Shown: positions 22,265-33,546 of the stretch, one piece after another
How positions within the stretch are numbered: position 1 is the stretch's first letter
Layout: every line of letters begins with the position of its first letter
Source: Heteronotia binoei
Taxonomy: Eukaryota
Length of the DNA: 64,000 nt
Assembly: GCF_032191835.1 (NCBI RefSeq)
Contig: NC_083237.1
Span: 496,001 to 560,000, forward strand
Direction of reading: 5' to 3'
The notes under the pieces: model-generated
Told to the model about the DNA's origin: nothing
What the model saw: the letters and a program-made list of their open reading frames with translations, nothing else
Database searches by the model: none
Position numbers and translations under genes: made by a program

Positions 22265-24640
22265 GTGTGACACAAAGTGTTGGACTGGATGGACCATTGG
22301 CCTGACCCAACATGGCTTCTCTTACGTGACACAGAGTGTTGGACTGGATGGACCATTGGCCTGACCCAACATGGCTTCTCTTATGTGACACAGAGTGTTG
22401 GACTGGAGGGGCCACTGGCCTGATCCAACATGGCTTCTCTTCTGTTCTTATGTGACACAGAGTGTTGGACTGGACGGGCCACTGGCCTGGTCCAACATGG
22501 CTTCTCTTCTGTTCTTATGTGACACAGAGCGTTGGACTGGATGGGCCACTGGCCTGATCCAACATGGCTTCTCTTATGTTCTTATGTGACACACAGCGTT
22601 GGACTGGATGGGCCACTGGCCTGATCCAACATGGCTTCTCTTATGTTCTTATGTGACTCAGAGTGTTGGACTGGATGGGCCACTGGCCTGATCCAACATG
22701 GCTTCTCTTCTGTTCTTATGTGACACAGAGTGTTGGACTGGAGGTGCCATTGGCCTGACCCACCGTGGCTTCTCTTCTGTTCTTAAGAGGGAACTCTCTG
22801 TCTGGGGCAGGGATGCTCTATATTCTTGGTGCTTGGGTGGGGGGCAACGCTGGGAGGGCTTCTGGGGTTCTGGCCCCGCTGGTGGACCTGGTTTTTTTGG
22901 CCACTGTGTGACACGGAGTGTTGAACTGGATTGGCCATTGGCCTGATACAACATGGCTTCTCTTCTGTTCTTAAGAGCAGAGGCCCTCTTAACCCACCAA
23001 CTGCATGTATTTCAGCCCACTGTACTTGATCCCCTAGTCTGAAGAAGTGGACGTTTAGCACACAAAAGCTTACATTCTGAATAAAACTTTGTTGGTCTTA
23101 AAGGTGCAACTTGACTCCTGCTTTGTTTAGCTGGAACACTGTTCCAGCCATGTTAGAAAGAAGAAGCCATGTTAGGCTTCTCTTCTGTTCTTATGTGACA
23201 CAGAGTGTTGGACTGGATGGGCCATTGGCCTGATCCAACAGGGCTTCTCTTATGTTCTTATGTGACACAGAGTGTTGGACTGGAGGGGCCACTGGCCTGA
23301 TCCAACATGGCTTCTCTTATGTTCTTATGTGACACAGAGTGTTGGACGGGATGGGCCATTGGCCTGATCCAACAGGGCTTCTCTTATGTTCTTATGTGAC
23401 ACAGAGTGTTGGACTGGAGGGGCCATTGGCCTGATCCAACATGGCTTCTCTTATGTTCTTCTGTGACAGAGTGTTGGACTGGAGGGGCCACTGGCCTGAT
23501 CCAACATGGCTTCTCTTATGTTCTTAAGAGGGAACTCTCTGCCTGGGGCGGGGATGCTCTATATTCTTGGTGCTTGGGTGGGGGGCAACGCTGGGAGGGC
23601 TTCTGGAGTTCTGGCCCCGCTGGTGGACCTCCTGATGGCACCTGGTTTTTTTGGCCACTGTGTGACACATAGTGTTGGACTGGATTGGCCATAGGCCTGA
23701 TACAACATGGCTTCTCTTCTGTTCTTAAGAGCAGAGGCCCTCTTAACCCACCAACTGCATGTATTTCAGCCCACTGTACTTGATCCCCTAGTCTGAAGAA
23801 GTGGACGTTTAGCACACAAAAGCTTACATTCTGAATAAAACTTTGTTGGTCTTAAAGGTGCAACTTGACTCCTGCTTTGTTTAGCTGGAACACTGTTCCA
23901 GCCATGTTAGAAAGAAGAAGCCATGTTAGGCTTCTCTTCTGTTCTTATGTGACACAGAGTGTTGGACTGGATGGGCCATTGGCCTGATCCAACAGGGCTT
24001 CTCTTATGTTCTTATGTGACACAGAGTGTTGGACTGGATGGGCCACTGGCCTGATCCAACAGGGCTTCTCTTATGTTCTTATGTGACACAGAGTGTTGGA
24101 CTGGATGGGCCATTGGCCTGATCCAACAGGGCTTCTCTTCTGTTCTTATGTGACACAGAGTGTTGGACTGGATGGGCCACTGGCCTGATCCAACATAGCT
24201 TCTCTTATGTTCTTATGTGACACAGAGTGTTGGACTGGATGGGCCATTGGCCTGATCCAACAGGGCTTCTCTTCTGTTCTTATGTGACACAGAGTGTTGG
24301 ACTGGATGGGCCACTGGCCTGATCCAACATAGCTTCTCTTATGTTCTTATGTGACACAGAGTGTTGGACTGGATGGGCCATTGGCCTGATCCAACAGGGC
24401 TTCTCTTCTGTTCTTATGTGACACAGAGTGTTGGACTGGATTGGCCACAGGCCTGACCCAACATGGCTTCTCTTCTGTTCTTAAGAGCAGAGTCCTTCTT
24501 AACCCACCAACTGCATGTATTTCAGCCCACTGTACTTGATCCCCTAGTCTGAAGAAGTGGACGTTTAGCACACGAAAGCTTACATTCTGAATAAAACTTC
24601 ATCGGTCTTTAAGGTGCAACTTGACTCCTGCTTTGTTTAG
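22265..24640 (+). repeat. Higher-order repeat: 59/67-bp CR1-tail minisatellite blocks alternating with a Penelope-end fragment (period about 755 bp)
   Basis: Unit gtgacacagagtgttggactggatgggccactggcctgatccaacatggcttctcttatgttcttat (starts at 22452, 22519, 22586 ...). The same 140-bp cassette has its CTGAAGA at 23039, 23793 and 24549. Confidence 0.92.
24500..24640 (+). mobile_element. Penelope-like element terminal fragment with hammerhead-like core (also at about 22990-23130 and 23745-23885)
   Basis: ctgaagaagtggacgtttagcacacgaaagcttacattctgaataaaac...aaggtgcaacttgactcc resembles vertebrate Penelope/Neptune ends, from recall. Confidence 0.6.
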
Positions 24641-24899
24641 CTGGAACACCGTCTGAGGCAGGGACGCTCTTCTTGGTGCTGGGGGGGGGGGGGGAGAGTG
24701 GGAGGGCTTCCAGGGTCCTGGCCCCACTGATGGGCCTCCTGTTGGCGCCTGGTTTTTTGGCCCCTGCGTGGCACAGTTTTGGACTGGGTGGGTCACTGGC
24801 CTGCTCCAACAGGGCTTCTCTTCTCTCCTCTTCTCAAGAGCAGCGCTGCATCAGTGGCTGTGAGGCACAAAGCCCAGAGGAACTCAGTCTGGAGCCGGG

Positions 24900-25750
24900 A
24901 GGCTCTGTTGGGCTGGGTGGGCCAGTCGCTTGATCCCACGGGGCTGGCTTCTCTCTCAAGACGGAGGAAGCAGGCGCAGGCGGGGGCCCTCTTCCCTCCC
25001 CCACGCTGCCGCTGCCCTTCGCGCTGAAGCCAGGCCGGGCAATGGGGCGGGGAGGGGAGGGAGCTGGCCGGGCGCCCCCCTGGCCCTCCTGCAAGGCCAC
25101 CTGTGGCTGGGCCGGCACCAGCCCAGAGCGCATGCCAAGCGGGGGGAGGCCCTGCATGCCGGGAGGGGGGGAGGGGGGGCAGGGCTGCGGGCCGGCTCTG
25201 CCGAACCAAGCGGCGGCGAGGGGGGGGGGGGGAGAGAGGGCGGCCGGGTAAAGCTGCCTGCGCGTCGGCATCGCCAGATTCGAGAGGGGAGCGCCAGCCA
25301 GCCAGCCAGCGCGCACACACACACACACCCGCGCGCACACTCCGAGAGGCGCGCACGGCCCCCCCCCTTCCCCGCCCGGGCGTCTTGCAAAAAAGCCCCC
25401 CCCCGCGCGCCGCCTCGCCCCGCACAGCCCTTCCCGGGCAGGGATCGGGGGGGGGGGGGGGGCAGGGTGGCCCCGGTCCGGAGCGCGGCCGGCAGAGGCC
25501 AAGTGGCCGTTTGCAAAGCCAAGTCCGCCTCCTCGCGAGCTGGCACCGCGACAAAGTCAGCCGGGGACGTCCAAGCTGGCGGGAGACGGAGCCCCACACA
25601 ATCATTTTTTCCCGAGGGAACGGCTGCCCCGATCCGCCCCAAACTTCACACGCCGCCAGGGGGGGCCCGGGGCTCCCCCCTGATTTTTTTGCAGATTTTT
25701 CCCCCCGCCCCAAAGGGGTTTATTCAAGTGTAGAAAGTTGCGGAGGGGGA
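24900..25750 (+). promoter_or_regulatory. CpG island, probable promoter of the miR-497/195 host transcript
   Basis: CpG-dense, with no assignable ORF. A perfect + strand donor CAG|GTAAGT lies at 26199/26200, upstream of the miRNA hairpins. Confidence 0.45.
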
Positions 25751-28101
25751 AACGGCACCAGGCTTTTCTTGGTTCACCCTGTTTTTTTCCTCTCGGTCTC
25801 TCGTTGCCTTCCACGAGCGCCCGGAAAGGGCTGGCGGCCCTTGGGGGGGCCGAAGGGGACCCTCTGGTTTTCTTTTATCCCCTTCCCCCCCCCCCCATTC
25901 CCGCATTCTGGACTCCCTGGCCAATTTGGGGTAAGAGCTATCTGGGGGGAGCTGGAGGAGGGCCCCCAATTCCTGTGGCTGCAACAGAAGGGGGCATAAA
26001 TTACCCCCCCCTTTGAGGACGCCCCCCAAGTGGACGGAGAAAGGGCCCCCTCCCAGCACTGGAGGGCAGCTGGGGCAGCCAAGACACTGGCCCTCGGGGG
26101 GGGGGGGAGGGCAGAGAGTTTTAATGGCTCAAGCCAGACCCCTGGAAGCCGGGGGGGGGGGGCGAGTGCCCGGAGAGGGGCTGTGGGGCAGCAGGACAGG
26201 TAAGTTGGAGTGGCAGGGTCTGGGAACTGGGGCCAGGTGCCCAGCAGTGCGTGTGCCAGTGTGGTGCCAGCACCAGAGGCTTCCCAGGCCCACACGGCTG
26301 CTAATCTAGGGCAGATTGTGGGGTGGGGCATTATGGCAAAGCCCCCCAACAGCTCCAACGGCCTAGAGGCCCAGCCGGGCCAATTCTCCTGGAAGAGAGG
26401 GGGGCGGAAATGGAGCCTCATAAAAAGCAGAATCACACCCGGTGAGAAAACCCCAAAGGAAGGCCAAAGGAAGCCAAGGCTCCGGTCTGAGGAGGGGGCG
26501 GGTTGCAGCCCCCCAAACAGCCCCACAATTAACCAGAATGGGCCCCAGAAGCCATTCACTTTCCCCCCCAACCGGGAGCCCTCCTTGGGGAAGAGATGCG
26601 TCATCTTCGCAAGACACCAGCCAGCCTCTGCTGCCTTCCTTGCCAGAGGAGGGAGGAGGGTGACACAATTCGGTCAGGAAACAACCCCCACACACACACA
26701 CACACCTCACAGGGAAACAAAAGGGGGGCAAAGGGGGGGAATCACCCCTCACCACTTGCCCCCTGAAGCCAAATGCCCCCCCCCCCCAGTGACTGCAGGA
26801 GCTCAAAGAAAGATGGCTGCTGGAAGCCCCTGGAGAGGCCCAGAAACATTTCCCCCTCCTCGGAAAAAGAACCCAGGGAAATATTTTCTCTCACATAAAC
26901 AAGAGTCAGGGCACATTATAACACCCCCAGCCACAAAAGAATCTTCGATTTTGAGGGTGGCATCCCAATTAATTGCTGGGGGGGTGGTTAATCACACACC
27001 CTCCCCCATGCTTGTATTTTCCAGATTTTTCTTTTAAAGAAATTACATCGTCTGCCTCTGAGTAAGCCTTCATCCAGCCTTTTGCAACAATCCACTCTAA
27101 GACACTGCCCCCCCACACACACATTTACCATTTTTACCGTGTGTCGTTCCCCACAAAATGGGGCGGGGGGATGTTTTATATCTTTCCCTGCAGAACAGGA
27201 TGCAAAAAATAGGCTTTCTGATTAGACCAAAGGAGACAGGCAATTTTACCTAGGGGGTCTCCGTTCCATATAAAGGAATACCTGTATACCCCCTGCAGTG
27301 GACAGCCGATATTATTTTATTTTTTTAAAAAAAGATCTTGCAATTTAGTGGCTTCTGGAATGCAATTGTTTTATGAACTGTGACCCACCCCTGCCCCCAG
27401 AAAAGCCTGCCCGAAGATCAGAAACACATGTGTCTGCGAGCACCCCACATAATTTAGGGCCACAGTTGGTCAGAAATCAGTGCCAAGTTCCATCCTAGCA
27501 GCAACGTGGGCAGGGGGTCACGCAGGTCATTGTGCCCTGGTGGCAGGGAGGAGGCCACCCCCCAAAAGCCCCCGTGCCCATCTGTGGAGAGGAATCAGGC
27601 CTGCCTGGGGGGGCCATGTGCTGTGATGGAGGCACAGAGAGGCCAGTCACCCCACAAAAACACACACACCCCACCACCACCCTGGGGGCCCACTCGTCCT
27701 CCCTGGAAACCCCCCCCCCTGCTTGTGGCCCCTCCTCTCACAGCCCAGTGGCCCCAGGTCCCAGAGCGGCTTGTGTGGTCACCCAGCTATCATTTTGTGC
27801 TCCATGCCCAGAGCTCCCTGGCCTCTTAGGGGTACAGGCACATTCTACAGGGCCAGCTGCAACCCTTCCACCCGCGAGAGGGAAGCACGTGGGGCTAGCG
27901 GGGGCAGCGAGTGCTCCCCCAGGGCAGCAGGAGACAGAAACCAGGGAGGGAGGGAGCTCTGGGGCCTCTCTCCTGCCCACCCCTACCCTGCCTGGATCGC
28001 CAAGAAACCTCCATTGGGAAGCAGAACGGCAGGAGGGCATGGAACTCTGGAGCAGGAACCTTCTGGACCACTGGACTTCACGACAGGCAGCACAAACCAG
28101 C

Positions 28102-28176
28102 TCCCACGCCAGCAGCACAACATGGTTTGTCGGGCAATCAGGTATCCACAAACCATTTTGTGGTGTTAACGTGAGT
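28102..28176 (+). ncRNA. MIR497: miR-15-family pre-miRNA (miR-497-like)
   Basis: The 5p arm CAGCAGCACAACATGGTTTGT (28110-28130) pairs with ACAAACCATTTTGTGGTGTT (28148-28167). It carries the AGCAGC seed and a 5' C like miR-497, and sits in the syntenic position beside C17orf49. Confidence 0.88.
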
Positions 28177-28263
28177 GGCCGGGATTTCTACAGGAGCACC
28201 AGACAGGAGCCTAAGGGGCCCCTCGCTACTGCCGCCTCCTCCTCCTCCTGCGGCAGGCAGCGC

Positions 28264-28346
28264 TGGCCCCCCTCTAGCAGCACATCAGTACTGGCACCCC
28301 CTGCCCCGCCGGCTGCCAGTCTGCCTTGTGCTGCCCCAGGGGGGCT
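28264..28346 (+). ncRNA. MIR195: miR-16-family pre-miRNA (miR-195-like)
   Basis: The 5p arm TAGCAGCACATCAGTACTGGCA (28275-28296) pairs with TGCCAGTCTGCCTTGTGCTGCC (28314-28335). A basal stem forms from cccccctc and gggggg; the hairpin lies about 90 nt downstream of the first. Confidence 0.88.
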
Positions 28347-28494
28347 CGGCCTGAGCAGCGGGAGTCCAGGCGGCAGAGGGAGCCCTCCCCCACCCCGCAG
28401 GCTTCAGCAAGGCAGCTGAAAGCCCCCCCCTCCTGCCCAGCGGCACTGAAGAAGCACACGGAGGGAGGGAGGGGCCACCAGGCTCAGCCCAACT

Positions 28495-28500
28495 TTTATT
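28495..28500 (-). terminator. C17orf49: Poly(A) signal of BAP18
   Basis: tttatt on + reads AATAAA on -, about 270 nt after the stop. Confidence 0.75.
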
Positions 28501-28770
28501 GCAGCTCTTCAAGAGGAACAAAACCCCCAAGCTCTCTTGCTGCTCTGAGCTCCAGAGGGGGGGCTTGGCCTGGAGTCCTGGCGCCAGCCGCACACATCCA
28601 GGGGCTCTTCCGTCTGCCGTGGGGGGCGGGGGGTGAGATACCCAGCTCCAAACTGCGGGGAGGAAGACTGTGGGGCAAGAGGCCGGCCAGGAAGGAGAGC
28701 TGCTGCGGGTGCCCCCCCCCCCAGATCAGGAGCAGCTGCAGGAGGCCAACCCGCCCCCCAAGAAGCCTTC

Positions 28771-29856
28771 TCAGCGGGAGAGCAGGGGCAAGTCCGAGCC
28801 CGGGGGGGCCATGAGGAAGCCAGAGTCCAGGGTCAGGCTGTCTGGAAAACAGAGGGGGACAGGGGGGTAGGGGGGTGAGCGCCCCCCAGTCCCCCCCCCC
28901 GCTGGGCAGCCCAGCCCCACCCCCCAACGGGAAGGGGCGGGAGGGTTACCCTGGTCGAAGTTGAGCTTCTTGGCGGGGGCCGAGCCCCCGAGGCCCTCCA
29001 TGTCCACCAGGTCGCTGTGGGCGTCGGCGTCGTTGAGAGCGCTGAGGGTCACGTCTGCGGGCGAGGGGGGGGGATAGAAGAGAGGCCGGCCTTGAGCCCC
29101 CACCCAGCCCAGCCCCCCCCTCCCTCCCTCCCTCCCCGGGGGCTCACCGGCGGGCTTGGGCTTCTTCAGGCTGGCCCCGGGGGGCGCGGGCGGCGGGGCG
29201 GGCTCCGGGGGGGCGGCGGGCTGGCTCTTGCGGGGCCCCTTCTTGGGCGACTCGCCGGGCGGGGGGGGCAGGCCGCTGTCCTCGTAGGCCTTGCGCTTGG
29301 TGGCCCCCTTCAGCTGCGCCCTGCGGGGGGGGAGGGAGGGAGGGGGTCAGGGGGGGGAGAGGGAGGGGGGCGAGGGGCCGGCCTCCCCTCCCCTCCCCTC
29401 CCGCCCCCGCTCCTGCCCCCCTCCTTACACGGTGCGCTCCTTGATGAGGGCGCTGATGCGGTTGAGGTCGTCTCCGAAGCGCTGCACCGAGGCCCGCAGC
29501 AGGGAGATCTCGGCGTCGGTCCACTTGGCCCTGGGGGAGGGGTCAGGAGGCGGTGGGGGCGGGGCTCGCGCGGGGCTCCTCCCCTCCCCGCCCAAGCCCC
29601 GCCCACCCCCCCCCGCGGGGCTCACCCTGCCGGCGAGGAGTCGGCCACCGGGTGCAGCTGCATGGTCAGCTCGCCCAGCTTGGTGAAGGCGGCGCCGGCC
29701 GCGGAGAAGATCTCGCCCACCTGCGGGGACAGGGGAGGGGGGTCAGGCGAGGGCCCGTGCGGAGCGCGCCCTCCCTCCTTGGGGCGGCACTCGGGGCATG
29801 CTCAGAGGCCCGGGGAGGGGGGACGAGGCAGCCACCTTGGTCGAGGCCGAGGTCAT
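28771..29856 (-). CDS. C17orf49: BAP18 / chromatin complexes subunit (SANT domain), 6 coding exons
   Basis: Exons 29856-29836, 29720-29626, 29530-29429, 29320-29148, 29054-28950 and 28841-28771; all GT-AG with consistent phases. Protein [47 protein letters not shown]...[18 protein letters not shown]. Confidence 0.96.
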
Positions 29857-32558
29857 GGCGGACCCTTCTGCAGCCGGGACTGCGGGAGAGAGAGGCCAGG
29901 CGGGGACGGGCCGCTCTCTCCTCCCTCCCTTCCTTCCTTCCGCTCTTCTCTATGGCCGGCCCTTATGCGCCTGCGCGCGGGGCGCCTCGTCCTGGCTACT
30001 GCTCGCGCTGGGGCCGCCCGCCGGGGAGGGGGGGGGGTCTCTTGCAGCAGCAGCTTCTTCCCCAGCCGCCGCCTGGCCTGGCCTGGCCCCTCTTTGAGCA
30101 GCCTCAGCCCGGCTGCTGGAGGACTGCCCCAGGCGCTGCAGCGGGCGGCCCTTGGAGGCGGCAGCATTGAAGCCAAGCCCGGAGGCAGGGTTCTCAAAGG
30201 GGGGGGGGCATGTGAGAAAGCCAGGGAGCACTGAATGGCCCCCCTCTCCGGCCGCCGCCGCTGCTGCTGCCTGGACTCAGCGCGCCCGGCCCCCCTTAGC
30301 TGCAGCCCTTGGGCGGGGGGAGGGGAAGAGGGGCTCCGTCCAGGCGAGTCCTACTACTGTGCAGAAGGCGGCAGTCCCAGGAGCGACGGCCGCGCTCCCG
30401 CTTCCAGGCGAGGGGCTGGGGCCACCTTAACACCCTGCGCAACCTCGGACACTCCCCCGGCGAGAGGGCTGTGCACCAGCGGGGCACTCTGAGCCGGAGG
30501 ACCGGCTGAATCCCCCACGCAGGTGCTGGGTGACCTCAGCCCATCTGCCCCTCCCAGGGTGTCTGTTGTGGGGAGAGGAGGGGAAGGAGGCTGGAAGCTG
30601 CTCTGAACCCGCGAAGAGGGAGGCGAAGGCTGCCACCAAGCCTATCATTAGCAGGCATGGAGGGTATTTTATTTCGGTTTTAATTCAAAATGTTTAACTC
30701 TGTTTTAACTCAAAATTTTTAAGCATAAATAGTTTCCTTCACTGGGAGGCCCCCCTGCAGAAGCACCTGCGGCCATCATAGCCCCCTCCTCCACATTCTG
30801 CAAATGGCCCCCGCTTCCAATTCCACCTACGGGTTGGGATTCAGGAGTTTCCTTAGTGGCTAGCCGGCGCCGGGTTCACATACTGGCCACAGGGATGTCA
30901 GCCCCGCCCCCACATTAGCCCACTCGCTGGGGAGGCTGGCCCAAGCCCCGCCCTTCCGGCCTCCTTTATAGGACTGTCGTGCAGATAACATGAAGAGCTG
31001 CTCACCACTCAAGATGCGTAATGCTCCCCCTTCATGGATGACAGGGACCGGGAAGCCCGACCCCTGGCTCAGAGGCAATCTCTGAACCACATCAGAGCTA
31101 CCTGGTGGGCCTCCGGGTGAGACTGATGGACCCTCACTGGCCTGATCCAGCAAGCTTTTGAAAGGGACTTACAGCGCTGTATTGTGTGGCCTGTGGGAGG
31201 AGGGGGGGAGAAGAGAGGGAGGATTGATTAGGCTGTTTCAATGCTACCTGGACTGAGCACATGCTTTGAGACTACAATATTGCTTCGCTGCTTTCTAGTG
31301 CATTCTGTTTCACTAACATTTGGGGAAACTGAAGCCTCCACAAAGCTGGCTGGATTCATGGTCCACCTTTAGGATCTGAGCACGCTCCTCTTTGTGCTTG
31401 GAGCCGAAAGACCCCCTCCAACCCAGATGAAACGCTGCCGTCGCCAAAAGACATTCTCAAAGAGATCAGACTGCAGTCCACAACTCAGTGTGCAGGATAC
31501 CCATGGATTGCCCGCAATGGCTATCTAACAGTCTTGCTCCAGTTGCAAATGGCAGAGAGGTGCTCTTTTACCGATATACCCTACAGCAAGAACTTAACAG
31601 GCATCCACAGAGACAAATTCTGCCTGCAAGAGACATCACGGAGGCTGTTAGGTCTGCGTTGTGCCTCTGTAACAAGCTGTCAGTTTCCTTCAACGGCAAG
31701 CCCCAGCACCACAAGGATTTCCTTACTGGGAGATGGGGGGGGCCTTGTCCAAAGAGAAGCTCTGGCGGCAAACTGAACAGCCTCGGTCCTAGGAGATTCG
31801 TCAGCTGCACAAGGCAGACTGGCCACTGACTCAGCGACTGGTGAACGAGGAGGCCGCGTGCTCATAGCATGTTTTCACCACATGCAGTCAGAGCGACATA
31901 CGAGAAAGGGCGGGGGGGGGGGGACACACAAGATTCAGGCCATCATCACAAACGTGAAAAGCACAGAGACCATCTCCACCTCAGGAAAGCTGCTCTTGGG
32001 GGCGAGAGAGAGAGGTGACCATTCCAGAAGACTTTGACTTCTAGCGGCAGATTCCACTGAGCACAGTTGGGGTCCTCTCAGCCCCACCCCCGCCCCCCCC
32101 ACTCCACAGGAGGCAGATTCTCTTCCTGGCTCCTGCTAACTAGTCTGGTCCTCTTAGCAGAGCAGGAGTGGCACAGAACATAACCCTTCCTCACCAGCAG
32201 AGACCCCCCCACACACACACACACACAAAGGCTCAGATCATTTCCCTGTATAGTCCCCCACCTCAACTGGATGTCCAGTGTCAATTTTAGCAACTGCCAC
32301 TTGCAGTGAGATATTGGCGGGGGGGGGGGGGGGGCGTAAAGCAAGCCTGGCAACCAGCGGGGTCCTCCCCCCCCCATCCTTTGCCACCTCCAGCCCCCCC
32401 CTCCGCAAATTGTAGGAGACAACTGTCCCAAAAATGGCCCCTCCAGCAGGGAGACACCAGCAAGCCCAAGGCAAACTGCTGGCTGGGAATCCCCTCTCCC
32501 GCCACCCTCTGCCAAGAAAGAGGAACTGAAACAGAAGACAGAACAGGGCCCAACAACA

Positions 32559-32564
32559 TTTATT
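32559..32564 (-). terminator. RNASEK: Poly(A) signal of RNASEK
   Basis: tttatt on + strand, about 1 kb after the stop. Confidence 0.6.
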
Positions 32565-33546
32565 ATTGCACAAGTGACTGAAGAGATGGTTAAGACCCCC
32601 CCCCCCCCAAGGGCCCAGCAACCATCACACAGGCCCTCTACCCTCCCCCAGCTGCCAGTATCTCTCACTGGGGCACGAAGGGGCACTGGTGGCCCAAGGA
32701 AAAGATGTCCAGACGGCCAGTCTCCAAGGAACGGCACCCCAGCCAAGCTCCAGAATGTGCAGGAGGTGGGGGAGGGGAGTCTTTCCAGGAACAAAACCTC
32801 CATGCAATTCCATATCTGAAAGGCTCCTGTACTCCTCCTCCAGCTGGCACGGGGGGGGGGGGGGGGGACGACACAGCAGATGGCAGAGGGCTCAGAACCT
32901 GGGGCCCTCAAAGCAGCAGGCTCACATGACCACCAAGGAGGAAAGTCTGACCAAGAAACGGCGAATGGATGTCACACTGCCACAGCACAGCCTGGCTCAC
33001 GCACAGCACAATCTCCCTCCCACCTCAGAGAGTGGGAAGGAAGAGGTGGCGTCCTCAATGTTTACCCAACACTCGAGTCTGCGGCCCGTCAACAAGGACC
33101 AGCCACAGGCGCCCTGGGTGTTGCTGGCATGGAAGAGGTGACCTTGGGGGGGGGGCTGTGCAGGAAAAGCCGGCCGGACTGAGCGGGCAAGGTGGGGGGG
33201 AGCACCTGGCAGCTATTTTGAAAGGAGGTGGTGGGAAGGGACCCCCCCCCCAAAAAAAGCAGCTTCCCTCCCCTTTCTGACACATGGGAAAACCATCCCA
33301 GAAAAGGAGATCCGTGTTAGGGGAGGAGGGGAACTTTGAGGAGAGCTCACACTGGGGGACCACCCGCCCCCCCAATGCTCCCAGGCACAAGAGAAGGAAA
33401 GAGGGGGGAGGGCAGGGAGAGGGGAAGGAGTGCCCCCCCAGAGTCCCACGGCCAAGGGCAAGGCCAAACAGAATAAATACAACCAGGAGGACTGGAAGGG
33501 AAAGGAGGAACAACCAGCAAGGAGTTGGGGGAGGGGGGAAGCATCT

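Noticed and set aside
24793-26604. Possible BCL6B or other coding gene at the 25-kb CpG island
   Set aside because: No BTB or zinc-finger peptide in any ORF; the ORFs are low-complexity.
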